A stretch of 55,411 bases of DNA, counting the filler, from Dimargaris cristalligena (Eukaryota), in NCBI GenBank assembly GCA_003614675.1. It is 2 parts of 2 records of this genome, joined end to end, with 100 filler letters (N's around TTAATTAATTAA, not from the genome) between each part and the next. Parts side by side here need not be neighbours in the genome. Positions count along the whole stretch, not along the records: positions 1 to 27,660 come from ML002514.1; positions 27,761 to 55,411 come from ML002515.1. One strand, given 5' to 3'. Positions 24,688 through 36,411 of the stretch are shown here, piece after piece. Under the pieces are notes generated by a model that was not told the origin of the DNA, did no database searches, and worked only from the letters and a program-made list of their open reading frames with translations. Position numbers and translations under genes: made by a program. The first letter of the stretch is position 1. The number at the start of each line of letters is the position of its first letter.

Positions 24688-25107
24688 ATGTCGTCCTACT
24701 ACCCCTTCAACGACCGCTTCTACCGTGTTACCGAGAACTCGGTCGACACCTCGCACACATTCGTGCCCTTTACCCTTGATTTTGCCAAACCCGCCCCTCC
24801 GGCTGCCGAGGACACCGCGCAGGCCAAGCACCACTGCCTCAACCCCACCGTGGACACCGAGACCGCCGGCGCCCATTTCACTCTGACCATTAAATGGCAC
24901 GACGACCGCCATCCCACCAAATGTGGCTACCATGTCGAGAAGAACCAAATCACCGTCTTTGCGGAAACCACCTACGGCGAGTACAAGCGGCTGGTCAGCC
25001 TGCCCACTGACTTGGACGCCGACAAGGCCAAAATCTCCTACGCAGAGGGGCTGTTCAAGGCCCACTTTCCCCGGACTAATATGGCCTGGGTGACCTGGCT
25101 TCTCTAA
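24688..25107 (+). CDS. Divergent small heat-shock (HSP20/alpha-crystallin-like) protein, 139 aa
   Basis: YGEYKRLVSLPTDLDADKAKISYAEGLFKAHFPR fits the HSP20 C-terminal pattern (YG.F.R...LP..VD...I.A.Y..G.L....PK); strong C-ending codon bias; TATATAA at 24507-24513; pyrimidine-rich leader; acaATG context. Confidence 0.75.
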   Translation: MSSYYPFNDRFYRVTENSVDTSHTFVPFTLDFAKPAPPAAEDTAQAKHHCLNPTVDTETAGAHFTLTIKWHDDRHPTKCGYHVEKNQITVFAETTYGEYKRLVSLPTDLDADKAKISYAEGLFKAHFPRTNMAWVTWLL

Positions 25108-26456
25108 ATTAGGCCCACTCCTGAACCCAATAAGAATAGCAATATTTACGCAGGCTTCCGTTTATTTAACCCCCCCCCTTTTCTTTTTGAATTGGACAGT
25201 GTTTAACCCATTAAACATTGTAAATTCGTATTTATTTTTCCACCGGCCGAGATTTTCAGTACTTTAGTGAATTGAGTTGCCTTCTCTCTGTCCAGTTCCC
25301 GTTTGTATATTCGGAAATATTCCTTCGGGCCCAAGTAACTATCTCTAAGTCCTGTAATTATTCGGCAAACTTCTCTAAGAAGGCTCCATTAAACCCTCGC
25401 TTTACCATCATTCCGCAGTATATTATATTTATTCCAATAAACAATCAAATTATTTTAAGTCCCGGCATAGTGCTCACCAACTACCCTCGGTGGCTCACAC
25501 TGTTGATCTATTTTTTTCACATGTCTTCAAAATTCCTAAACCAGCCTAGTGGCCCTTTAATTATGTACGCAAGTGTCGGATGGCTACATTCTTGATACCA
25601 TATACTACGTACCTTTCCATTCCACTGACCTATTAGGGTTTATAAGCCTATAATCACTTATTATGCATTGAATGTATGTCCTATCCATGCTCTGCTTTCG
25701 TAGCACCCAACTCCGGTCTCCGAGTGACTCCCAGCTACCATTGCATTTACTTGTTTGTGTTAATATTTTTTAAATGGACCAACACGCCGCATGGTACAAA
25801 GAGGTTAAGGTGATGTAGCAATAACGTACAGATAGTCGAAGAGGGTTTGGTACGTGCTGTATTTCCTCGCAATGGGGAATGGGCAAGTAAAACAAAAGTG
25901 AATAGCTAACCATGAATGTCCAAATGTTAGGTACCGATGGGGGGAACAATAGGCGAGTTCAATAGGGAGCAGCGTGGCGACATTTATATCTTCGGGAATC
26001 GTCCACCAAGGGGGCAATACCTATTATTCATCTAGATACCGCGGGAACTGGTCTGTAAGAGACCTATCCCTACTGCGCCAGGAACTAGAAGCTAGACCCA
26101 CGCATTAGTTAAGCTGGAGCCCTAAGTAACTGTATTAGCCGGGTCTAGAAAAGTACAGGGGAACCAATTATTAGTAGTAGCAATAGGTAAGAGTCTAGAT
26201 CTTTGATTAGGAGCTACCACAAATAGCAGTACTAATCTATATTAAATAAAATAGCCACTACAAACAATCACCCATGCTTCTATATCCACCAAATCAACGA
26301 GCATTGCAAAAGCTGCGATTATTCCTTAATTTATCCAGATATACTCACCTTAATGGCCCTACTGCTGTGGCCCCGGTATCCCGCGGCTACGTTTGAATTA
26401 ACTGCAATGACAGCCATCCGGACCGCTTTCCACCAATAGCATTAGGTACACAATGC

Positions 26457-27518
26457 TTAGGCTCGACCATCCGGGGTAGAATTGGTTGACGTACCCTGAT
26501 GAACACGAACACTTGGGGATTTCGCGGTAGATTCGGTTGACGTACCCTGATGCTGAACACGAACACCCCGGGGTTCCTTGGCACGACTCCTACGGCTTGA
26601 ACGATCATCATAGTCACTATCCTCACTCTCACTTTCATCCGAGTCAGAGTCCGAGTCAGATTGAGAGTCGCTGTCTGAATCCGACCCAGTGCCCGAATCG
26701 GAACTGGAATCAGAGTCTCCGGACCGGAGAACACCCAGAAACCGAGTTTGAATCCGCGCATAATGCAAGACCCGGGGAAAAATATCCCCAAACTGCGGCT
26801 CCGGAGCAATCGACTGACAGTACGCATGTCTCATGAACCAGGAAGGAATGGCTCGGCAAAGCAGCCGAATCTTCTCATCACTAGACACGGTGGGAAGTAG
26901 CTCGGCGACGGCGCCAAACTGAATAAGGGTAGGTACCAACTTTTTGGAGGATGGCTTCTTGCGGACCAACTCTCGAAAGGCGCGGTAGCGTCTAGCGTAG
27001 GCAGCACCCTCGTCGAAATATTCCGTAGCCAAAAGGTATTGGCGCACCCTGGACCAGTCATCCCGCTCCGTGAACAGATTATTCAGGGCCACTCGTAGCC
27101 TTTTGGAGACGTACTTGGACAGGTAATCGAGATGGCGATCTTTAGGCATGCTGATGGCGAAGGCGAAGCGTTCAAACTCTTCGAGAAACCCCTTGGTGGC
27201 CCGCCCCCTGTATTTGAGCGGCGGCCGACAACTCATCAAACATCGAGTGCATTCTCCGTACGGTCGGCGACAGCTGTCCTCCACCCGCGAGGTATCATTC
27301 GCATGGCCGGGGTCCGGAGATCCTGGATGGACACTAGTAACTTCACCTGGTTGGGGGGACACATATCGTGATGAGGAACTGGGTTCAACTTCCGAACCCT
27401 CGCAACTTTGATTGAAGGTCGGATCCTCGCCGGGCAAATCAGGGAACAACGGAGAAAAATCGGGCATCCCTTGTAAAGATACCTGTGCACCTAAAAAGTG
27501 AATTATACGCAAAATCAA
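26457..27518 (-). mobile_element. Ty3/Gypsy-type gag (capsid)-like ORF; no pol or LTR visible
   Basis: KYRGRATKGFLEEFERFA...YLSKYV...DDWSRVRQYLL...F..VAELL..VSSDEKIRLLCRAIP resembles a two-lobed retrotransposon capsid. First ATG 27467, Ser/Asp-rich tail, abuts the assembly gap. Confidence 0.6.
26475..26566. repeat. Imperfect duplicated ~40-bp unit in the gag-like 3' end
   Basis: GGTAGA..GGTTGACGTACCCTGATG(CTG)AACACGAACAC at 26475-26512 and 26526-26566, encoding VRV(Q)HQGTST twice. Confidence 0.8.
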
Positions 27519-27660
27519 AATCCAAAGGACGACTTGTCGCCCCTCCTAATCCATCCTAATCCAACCGATATGACCGCCATCATATCAGGCCGTATAGCGC
27601 CATAGTACCCCCCGGCCCTAACCAGGCTGAACATCATTGATAGCCCCTTAACCGGCCCGG

Positions 27661-27760
27661 NNNNNNNNNNNNNNNNNNNNNNNNNNNNNNNNNNNNNNNN
27701 NNNNTTAATTAATTAANNNNNNNNNNNNNNNNNNNNNNNNNNNNNNNNNNNNNNNNNNNN
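27661..27760. other. Artificial assembly/scaffolding spacer
   Basis: 44 N + TTAATTAATTAA (27705-27716; stop codons in all six frames) + 44 N = 100 nt. Confidence 0.95.
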
Positions 27761-28189
27761 CTTCCTAAAGGTGCCGAATTTCTACGACAGTACTGGGGGC
27801 TTCCACCCACCTCTGACCCAGAGGACACTTCCTCAACCACCATCGACGGTGAGACCCATGAAGACATTCCAGAGGTAGAACTTCCTACAGATTTCACATA
27901 TACCCCCACATATCTTGGTGGTATTTATGACTTGAGTGATGATAATCACATGGCCGTAGCGATGCTTCGAACCGAAAATACCTCTGACGAAGTGGCCAAA
28001 TTATTCAAGGGAGACGAACTGGCCGTTTCTTATATATGGAATCAACTCGCACGCCAAATGAGATCTGAGAAGTTTGCTCAGCTGAGGCGCCTTGCCTATG
28101 CGAGTACACAAGTAGTTGATGAGATGGATGTGCAAGTATCAGTCACTGAACTCCTCCAATATAATGGTGTCATCCCGTCGGATTTTTAA
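27761..28189 (+). CDS. 5'-truncated hypothetical protein (at least 142 aa), open from the gap edge
   Basis: The frame is open from the first base after the gap: LPKGAEFLRQYWGLPPTSDPED...YLGGIYDLSDDNHMAVAML...NGVIPSDF*. Confidence 0.6.
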   Translation, partial: LPKGAEFLRQYWGLPPTSDPEDTSSTTIDGETHEDIPEVELPTDFTYTPTYLGGIYDLSDDNHMAVAMLRTENTSDEVAKLFKGDELAVSYIWNQLARQMRSEKFAQLRRLAYASTQVVDEMDVQVSVTELLQYNGVIPSDF

Positions 28190-29030
28190 TCTTCAGTGGA
28201 CAAATACTCCGTCGACTACAACTGTGGCTTAGTTTTTTTCTTGCTCAATATTGCTGTTCTGTCAACTACACCAAGTTCATTTATAGGATATAGTTAAAAT
28301 ATATGTGCAAAACAAAATGTGTTGTGCGCAATAAATAATCATAATCAGCGCTAACGGGCGTATTCTGTACCATTCACCATAACTATATTTGAAAAGATGT
28401 GCAATTGGCAGGCGGGACAATCATGTCATGTTGGTTGGCGGGATGCCCGAGTTTGTTTAATGGCTAGAAGCAAGCCATATGGTGTCAATACGGCCGTGTA
28501 GTATTTTTTTAAGAATGCCCTCAGGAACACGGGTAGGTTTGACCTGTCTCTAGTGGAATTCAACATTACTGACAAACTATTGGAGGAATAGCTGGACCAG
28601 ACTGCTCCCCTATGGACAATAGTAGTCGATAGGAGATGCCTTAGATGTAGTTCCGTAGGATTTTGAATACAGGAGAAATACAGGCGGATAATGATGTGAA
28701 CACTGTAATAGTCGGTCTGACTTAAGCCTACTATACTGCACAATTGACCTGGATTTATCGCTTCATTAAATCCTACGCAACTCGGATTTAGCCGTATTCT
28801 ACATAGCAACTGTACGTAGTCCGCTATAATCTGAGTATTTGGTGAGTAAAATACTCGTGAATGGGCTGATATACAGCAGATGCCTATCATAATCACCACA
28901 GCCGTTAAACACCACTATCGTCTCGGTGGTTTCATCGGAGTTTACTAAGTAAGAATACTCGTCACAGAATTAGGATATATATTAAAATTACAATACAGAT
29001 GGGTCATTGGTATAACACGATTTTGGAGAA

Positions 29031-31154
29031 TTATATAATTGCAGACATATTCCGCGTGGACTCGGGCGAATACCCTCGTTCATCAATGGAATGCGAGGGG
29101 GATACTATCGCTCGGGGTTTACCCAACGGGAATCCCGGTGATTTAAGCCGACTGGGGGTACAGTTGGTCCGGCAGAGCGGACAGCGGGCACATTTCTTGG
29201 TGAGCCACGGATCGATACAGGTCGCGTGAAAGGCATGTCGACAGGGTAACCGACGCAGCAATTCGCCTGTTTGAAAATCGTCCGAGCAAACCCCACACAT
29301 GGGCGGGCCTTTCAAATCGCGGTTCATAATATCCTCGCGGATCTTTTGGTGGATCCGGCGGTTCGGACCTGAGCAGCCCAGACGAACCTTACTTGGTTTA
29401 GGGTGACCGCTGACAATGGTCATCGACCTTGACGTTAGTGAGGGGGTCGGGATAATGATGGGGGCGGGAAGCCGCTTGCCGGTTTTAGTGGTCCGCAGAG
29501 TCATGGGGATATCGGGGTGGGATTCCGCCAGGATTGGGTCGTTTTGCTGTTTTTGGGCTAGCATGCGGGCCATGATGGGGGGGACGGGAGGGGCCGTTTT
29601 CTCATCAAAGGTAAATGTCCCCGCCTGCGCAATCGTCGCTTGGGAGCTCACCGCGGATATGGGCGACACGATATTGTCACCCTCTTCGTTCTCGTCCTCT
29701 CCTTCGCCTCGGCTGGAGGAATGGTTGATATTGACGGTCGAGCAGGAAAGCATGGACATCTTCTCAAACGCCCCTGCCCTCGACATATTGGCCATTGACC
29801 GGCTTCCGGCTAAGGAACAGTCAGCAGAGCGGGGGGTCGCCGTGTCGCTGTCATCGTCATCACTATCTTCGTCGCTGGAGGTACGCAGCTGTGACGCTGC
29901 ATCCTGGTACTTGCGAATAGCTATGCGCGTCGACATGGGGAAGGCGCGGTAATCGGAGCTCGAATAAGTTAGAGTCGTTAGTAGGTGTAGCTGTTCGGTC
30001 TGGAGTGGGGGAGCATTCTGGGACCTAACGGGGCGACACATGAGCAGCTGAATCTTTTGTTGGCGGCGATTCTCCTGATTCTTGTCTTTAAGGGCGGCCA
30101 TACGGCGACGATTTCGGCGGTTACGAAAGCACATGAAACCAATGATACCTAGAATGCAGGCGTGCAGTGAGTCGGAATTAACAAGTCCCAGGGACAACTG
30201 TTAGGTGTCAGTGAATCTATTATTGTGTGGGGGGGGGTATAATATGACACGAATAAAGGGGATATCTTAGCTGCCCAAGTGACGAGCTAAAGTCCAAATA
30301 ATCGACGAATGGCCCCCGTACCAGCTGTATCAGATTGGCAATAAAGGTATACAGTCCGGTTATATCAACAGCAAAGCCCTAAGCATCTGAATGAATTATC
30401 TATACCTACCGAAAATAGCCAAGACGAGCAAGGGGATGGTGATGCCCAACACCAGACCCATATCGACACTACCGCTAGCGACGACGGTATTGTTGGACAT
30501 GATCCGCACCCCGGACATGTAGAGGCGCACCCAAATACGCACGTAGTACTTCTTGTCGGGGTCCTCCTGGATACTGTTGAAGCTGTTCAGACTCGGGAGG
30601 GCGCTGGTTTTGTTGGAGGCCGAGTTGGCGGGGTCCCGCTCGAAGACGGCGATCTGGTTCCGAATCTGGGAGCCTTGGGTAAAGGACAGGAGGAATATAG
30701 GGGCGTCCAGGTCGGTGGTGAAACTCGACAGGAATTCGATGGGGGTGCTCTCGGACATGGGGTAAATGACGATGGCCCTGTGCCCGAGCTGCTTCATGGC
30801 CGGCAACAGGGCCAGCACTTGGGAACGATTGTAGGCGCCTATGAGGGGAATGTGCTCCACCTGGGGGACGAGGTTGGGAAGCTCGCCCTCGGTGTAGGGG
30901 TACACGACACCGCCATAGGGGCCCACGGCGTTCTTGGGAATGAGGGAGGAGTAGACGGTGTTTTGGGTGGTAATGGTGGTGGTGGAGATGTTATTGGCGA
31001 CTTGGAAGCTGTCGGGGTCGAGCAGAACGGTGTCGTCGGCCAGAGCAAAGGTTGCCTCAATCTGGCCGGCGCTCTGGGCGACCCTCACCAGCCAGGCTGA
31101 TAGACTGAGGAGGAAAACCGCCACGGCGGGGCATGGCGATAGCAGCCCCTGCAT
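29031..31154 (-). CDS. PA-TM-RING-H2 E3 ubiquitin ligase (RNF13/RNF167/RMR-like), 2 exons, about 620 aa
   Basis: Exons 31154-30410 and 30148-29031 (phase-1 GT-AG intron). Signal peptide, PA-like luminal region, [25 protein letters not shown] followed by [13 protein letters not shown]2 CGVC-x14[10 protein letters not shown]10-CPLC. Confidence 0.9.
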
Positions 31155-32649
31155 AATGAGAGTGGCAGGGTTATTTGCGACTTATGATAGTCTCGTTAGG
31201 GCGAGTTATTATGAAGAAGGGGATTGGGTGGCTGGGAAAGAAACTAAGTCCCATCAATAACCTAGGCAACGAAACTAAACTGGTATTTAAACCGACGAAA
31301 CTAATCTAATAATACAACTAGCTATGAACAAATTAAACCGGCGAATGTAAAATACAGTCAGGAACAGTGCGCCCGACTGTTGATTTATATGGGCAGCGAC
31401 CAGGGAGCCAAAGGGTGCATGAACGCAAAAAGAGCAAACAATAGGAGCAACGTGCGTAATAAGCCCGGTATTCAGAAGGGATCCTTGAAAAGGGCTGTCT
31501 TGTCTGTCCAGGTTGAGCCCAGGAACAGTATGCTACTGTGAACAGAGTCGTGAAAAAAAGCAACCGGATAAGGTCGATCCTTTAGTAAGATGTCCCGCCC
31601 AACAGTGGCAGTAGCCTCTAGCCGCTGGCCCATGGGTGTAAACAGCAACTACGTACACGTTAATTAAAGGCTACAGGCAGCGTCGCCCACCTGAGCAACA
31701 GGCAGGTTAATTTGCCTGGCTTCCTAAATTAGCCACTGCAATAGTGTTGAACACTGGCATTGTAGCTCGGAATAATGTGGAGGAACAGCGTAGATCCTGG
31801 ACAACCCTTGCCTTTCCTTTCGAATCCTGGCATAAGCAGCCGAGTGGGTAGATTAACGCTCGGCTCCACATTCCTTGTCGGATGGGCCTCATTTCGTTAA
31901 AAGAATGGGCCAATCTTGACACAATTATCTTCACTGTATTACCAAGCAAGAATAGTTCTAGAATGCCTGCTTGACTGCCACCGAAATATCCTTCGAGTAG
32001 GATTTCCCCGTCCCTTTCTTATCATGCCGGGCCATCTGTAGATATAAGCCGGTAAAATATGCATCCTCCGCGCTGTGCGCCATCTCCGTGGCTCAAATAT
32101 GGGTCTATAAGGGATACTAATCTCTAAGTTAGCCCAATTCGTATATAAATACGCTGTTGAATCCATGTATTGAACAGGCTGAACCAATACTAAGAATCAC
32201 CCAATATATGTGGTGGGATATATATTTCAAGGGTAGATATATTTTAGCCCAACTCATCCCATGCCAGAGAGTATAATCCCTCCATATCCAATCAAACTCA
32301 CAAGCAGGCTAATGGTAACTACGTCACGTGACTAAGTTATTTTTTCTGCCATCCTCTATTATGTATACACTCTGGCTGATGAGCCCGTTTGGAAAAAAAA
32401 CTTTAAAAGGGCATCTTCCCAGCTGACATATTACTAATCCTTGTCTCTTCTGTTAATCATCACATCCATGTTCGCTGCATTTACATACGGTATAGTCTCG
32501 TTTTGGCCTTGGGCCCAATTTTAATATGTTTGTATATTGTGTTTAATAAACATGTTTTTACTCTTCAGGTCCCCCGACCAACCGCCGTAAGTTAATGTTA
32601 GATACGCATGGGTTTGTGTGTTTATGTAGTATTTATATCGTTTTTTAAT

Positions 32650-32967
32650 ACTGGATATTCGGCTTGGTCTGGATGAATAAGTCGGCCTGATGGGCATATC
32701 ACACCTCCCTGGTGGTCGACTTATCCGCTCTTATTCATCCGAATCCCGCACTTCGTGTAAGTTCTGTCACGCCCCGGGCGACTGGCGAAAGTCGGTCGCT
32801 TGGACCTCCACGTGATCAGGTACCAAGAAGAACGTGCTAAATTAAACACCGGCCCACTAGGTTTGGGCACTTGTGCCTGGATCTAGCATGGCTGGGTTGG
32901 ACGGTGTCCTGTCATTCCGGGGGACTTGATTGAAATCCCGCGAGTGCTTACCGTTCAGCCAACATTC
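32650..32967 (+). ncRNA. Candidate large intron-encoded box H/ACA RNA (snR30/U17-like architecture)
   Basis: Several 11-13 bp stems with G-U pairs and GAAA/CUUG/GGCA tetraloops; H-box-like AAATTA 32839-32844 right after a long hairpin; ACA 32962-32964 one nt after the terminal stem; lies between donor GTAAGT 32587 and acceptor AG 32988-32989. Confidence 0.65.
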
Positions 32968-33215
32968 CCTCTCTTACTTGCCTTAATAGGGCGATTTACC
33001 CTTAACCAGCCAGTTGTCATTCCACTAATACGTGTGTACAGTTGGCACTTTCTTCGATTCAGATTATAGTTATATCACATGTCCCAATAAATAAAATGTT
33101 TTTACAATGCAAATGAATGGTGGCTAATTAATATATGAGTCTATAAATTAAGTGCGACGTGTTTATTCGATCAAGTGGGGAATGAGAGGGAGATTGGTAT
33201 AATGTGAATTGTAAA

Positions 33216-36200
33216 CTAACTGGTGGTGTCCATCTCGCCTTCCTCGTGGCTATCACTAGGTGACTCAGGTTGCTCGCTTTTACTACGCTTTTTCTCTGGA
33301 GCCGCTGAATCAACGGGTGGCGGAGTAAGCGGGCGTTTGCCGTCGGGCTGTCGGCCATCCGTTTTCTTTTCGTGTTTTTCCTGAGGTGTAGTAGAGGTCA
33401 GTGGATAAAACATTGCAACAAAATAACAGATGAATTAGCGACACTTAGTTAAGAAAGGGTTGGGCCGAGTAGCCATATACAGGCTGTATTAAAAGCGTGT
33501 TCGCCTTTTCGGTATAAATACACCGACATAATATCCGGTACTTACCTTCAGATACTCCTGCAGCTCATCAAACAGCTCCTTTTTCATCGCGTCGTCGTCT
33601 AGAAGCATAAAGTCGCGGTCGGTTTGGATAAGGGGCAGCACCTATTGCAACAAACCAAACAAAAGTGATATAATAGTTGAATATACATAAATATGCAAAT
33701 AACACGACGTTAGACACCAAGGCCCTCGCGCTAAACCATGCCATAAGTAGAAAGGTAACACATACCAAATAACATTCATAGATGTTCCAAGAAAATGACT
33801 TACCTCTTCCCAGGTTTGCCCATATTTAATATGTGGTCGGAAATGCTTCAGGAAACGGTAGAAGTCGTCCTTCTTGGCCTTGAGTCTCCGTTCAACTTTC
33901 TTGCGTTTTGCCTCGGCCTCTTTGACCTCCCGTGCGTGCATCTAGAGGATTGGATTGTATGGCATGATATTGGTCCGGGAAAATGGTAATGCATGGTGGA
34001 TACCCTAGGCTAGCAAAGCGAGTGTTATTACCATGGCGTAATTTAATTTAATTCTGGAGAACGCCAGGGTTAAATATTTGAATATGTTTAGTGAAGTTCT
34101 GTATGGTGTACGTTAACAAACACTGCCTTACCTTTTCATAGACCAACTTAATATCGTGGTCGTTACAGCCAAGACCAGCTAGAAAGTCGCCGGCCTGGGC
34201 ATTAAATTGTGCATACTGGGTGTCGCTGGTAATGTTCACATTCCGATCCTAAGAAGGGCCATAACCAAACAAATCCAAAATAGTCAACATCAAATAGAGA
34301 GTGGTTTAGCCCGATTGCTGATATCCAGTCTACAGATTGAATAAATGACAGAGTACAGCCATATTCCAGTAGAAATAGACCTAGTAGCGTCGTCCACAGA
34401 AGGGTGTATATCTGCAACAATGTTGCCAAATGTCTTACCTTTAAGTGTTCGCGGACTTGTCTGCGGCATTTGGTAATCAAGTCCCGGTGTTGCTCAACCT
34501 CGTCCCAGAATAACTCAAGGGGGGTGGAACCAGGTTGGCCTAACAGTTCGGTGTAGCGGGGATCGGATGCCACTTGGGCGTAGAAATCGGGCCAGATCGA
34601 ATCTAGGGTGATGCCGTGTTTGGCCTTGTATTCCGCAAGAAGTTCCTGTAGATGAATGGGCCGAATCATATAAATTAGAGATACCGCCGGTATTAGTGAA
34701 AACCCTCAACCATTAGTATATAAAGCTAGACGTACCATATCTAGTCAGTGAATACCCAATGGTAACGACCCAATTAGAGCTATAGATGGGCCATAAAATA
34801 ACGACCATCGCACTTACGCGGAAGGCATCTCGGGCCTGGCGGGCTTTGCGGTATATCGCCGCCTCTTGCTTATCTCTCCATTCGGTAAACTCCGCCTGCA
34901 GTTGTTCATTGTGGGTCTCGAAGGCCTCCAACAGATCCGCCGAAGCAATACTGCTAATGAGATCCGCCACTGTAGGGGGTTCGCGGGGGTCTGACTCCGA
35001 ATGCTTGCCTGATTCATGAGGGGGCCAGGGATAACCGAGTAGAGCCATGACGGTACTCGCCTCCAGCTTGCTCTGGGTCAGGATCCCGCGCACTTCATTC
35101 CACGGAGTATTGATGGTTATATCGGAACAGGCGTGGAGCAGTTCAGCCACACGGGCCACGCGTTCCTTCCGCAGGGTCGCTTGGTCGTTGCGGTACGTCT
35201 GCATCGCCTCCCGATAAAACTCGTCAAACAACTGGCGCCGACGCCGACTGTCCGACACCGCCCGGAACCGCGGATCCGTGTCCCGCAGGCGGTCCTCCGC
35301 ATCGTAGTAACTGCCCAGAGCCTCCAGGGCCGTGGTGGGATACGCCTGTTCCAGCATTATCTTGAATTGCGCCTCCGCATTCTGGGCCTGTTGCCGGTGC
35401 TCTTCGCGTTCTTCAGCGCGCTTAATATGAAGAAACTCCTCAAATTCCGTTTTGCGTTCGGCCACGGTTTTGAGGGCCCGGTAGTGGGGGTGGTTGATGA
35501 TGGCCCGCATGGCCTGTTCCCAGGACCAGCGGCCTTGGACACCGGCGTGGCGGAGTAGGTCGTGGAAGGCCTGGGTTTTAGCTTCCATGGTGGTGAACGA
35601 GGCAGCGGGGACACGGGCGGATTCGGCCAGCCGGTCCTGGGTGGATAAGGCCGGAGCAGCGGTAGCATTCACATTAGCAGTAGTCGTGGTAGGTGTCGCA
35701 GGAGCCGAGGGAGGGCCGGCGGTAGTCGGCAAAGGAAGGGCGGCCACGACCGGTGGCAACGTCGAGGTCCGTGCACCTTCGACCTTGGTGGTGGAAGGTG
35801 TGGGTGGTGTAGCGGAGATAGATGGGGGTCTATTAGGGGCCGACGAGGACTTTTCTCGCTTTTCGGGAACTGCGGGGGACGCTAACGACGACGCCGGCAC
35901 AACCGGGGCGACTGCTGCCTGGGTATTAGAGGCGGGATCAGCGGAGGTGGTCAATTCACGGGGTTGCTCCCAGGTGGTTTGTTTGGTGATGGTATTATAG
36001 TAGTAGCTCTTGCCATTGGCGGCTACGTAGGTCTTCCATGCGGTGCGGGCTAGGGCCCGTTCTTCGGGGGTTTTGAGCTCGTCGGGCTTGTTCCAGACCG
36101 TCTGTTTTGTAGATGGATTGTAAAAGTATACCTTGCCCTCCGCGGTTTTGTATTCCTGCCAAATAGTTGCCGGGGCCGTCTGGAGAGTATAGGTAGAGGG

Positions 36201-36411
36201 AGTAGGCGGGGAGTTTAAGTTAGGGAAATGTGCGCATGAAGTGGGTATGAACAGGGTGGCAATGGAGCTTGTACACGGAAACACGCGTAGGGAATAGACA
36301 GCGAGGCTGCCTCGGGAGTTCCCAATAGGACATTCGGGAAGTGGTTCTGCGGAGGTCCAAGTAACTAACCTCTTTCGGAGCGGGGCTAATGGGCGCCGTG
36401 TGGGCAGCCAT
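33216..36411 (-). CDS. PRP40: Pre-mRNA-processing factor 40 (U1 snRNP; WW-WW-FF repeats), 7 exons, about 708 aa
   Basis: Exons 36411-36370, 36179-34818, 34645-34439, 34248-34132, 33941-33804, 33641-33546, 33380-33216, all phase-0 GT-AG. WW domains WQEYKTAEGKVYFYN..TVWNKP and WKTY..GKSYYYN..TTWEQP; FF domains; LLGQPGSTPLELFWD motif; C-terminal EEGE. Confidence 0.93.

Noticed and set aside
27705-27716. Palindromic TTAATTAATTAA as a biological motif
   Set aside because: Embedded in Ns; a standard six-frame-stop scaffolding linker
32375-32400. CTGATGAG as a hammerhead ribozyme core (also near 3759)
   Set aside because: No closed stem II followed by GAAA and no stems I/III
32569-32989. Structured RNA as telomerase RNA, RNase MRP/P, SRP or a spliceosomal snRNA
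   Set aside because: No CTAACCCT-type template, no convincing P4 pairing, no SRP helix-8 motif, no Sm site or snRNA signature seen; an Rfam search is still needed
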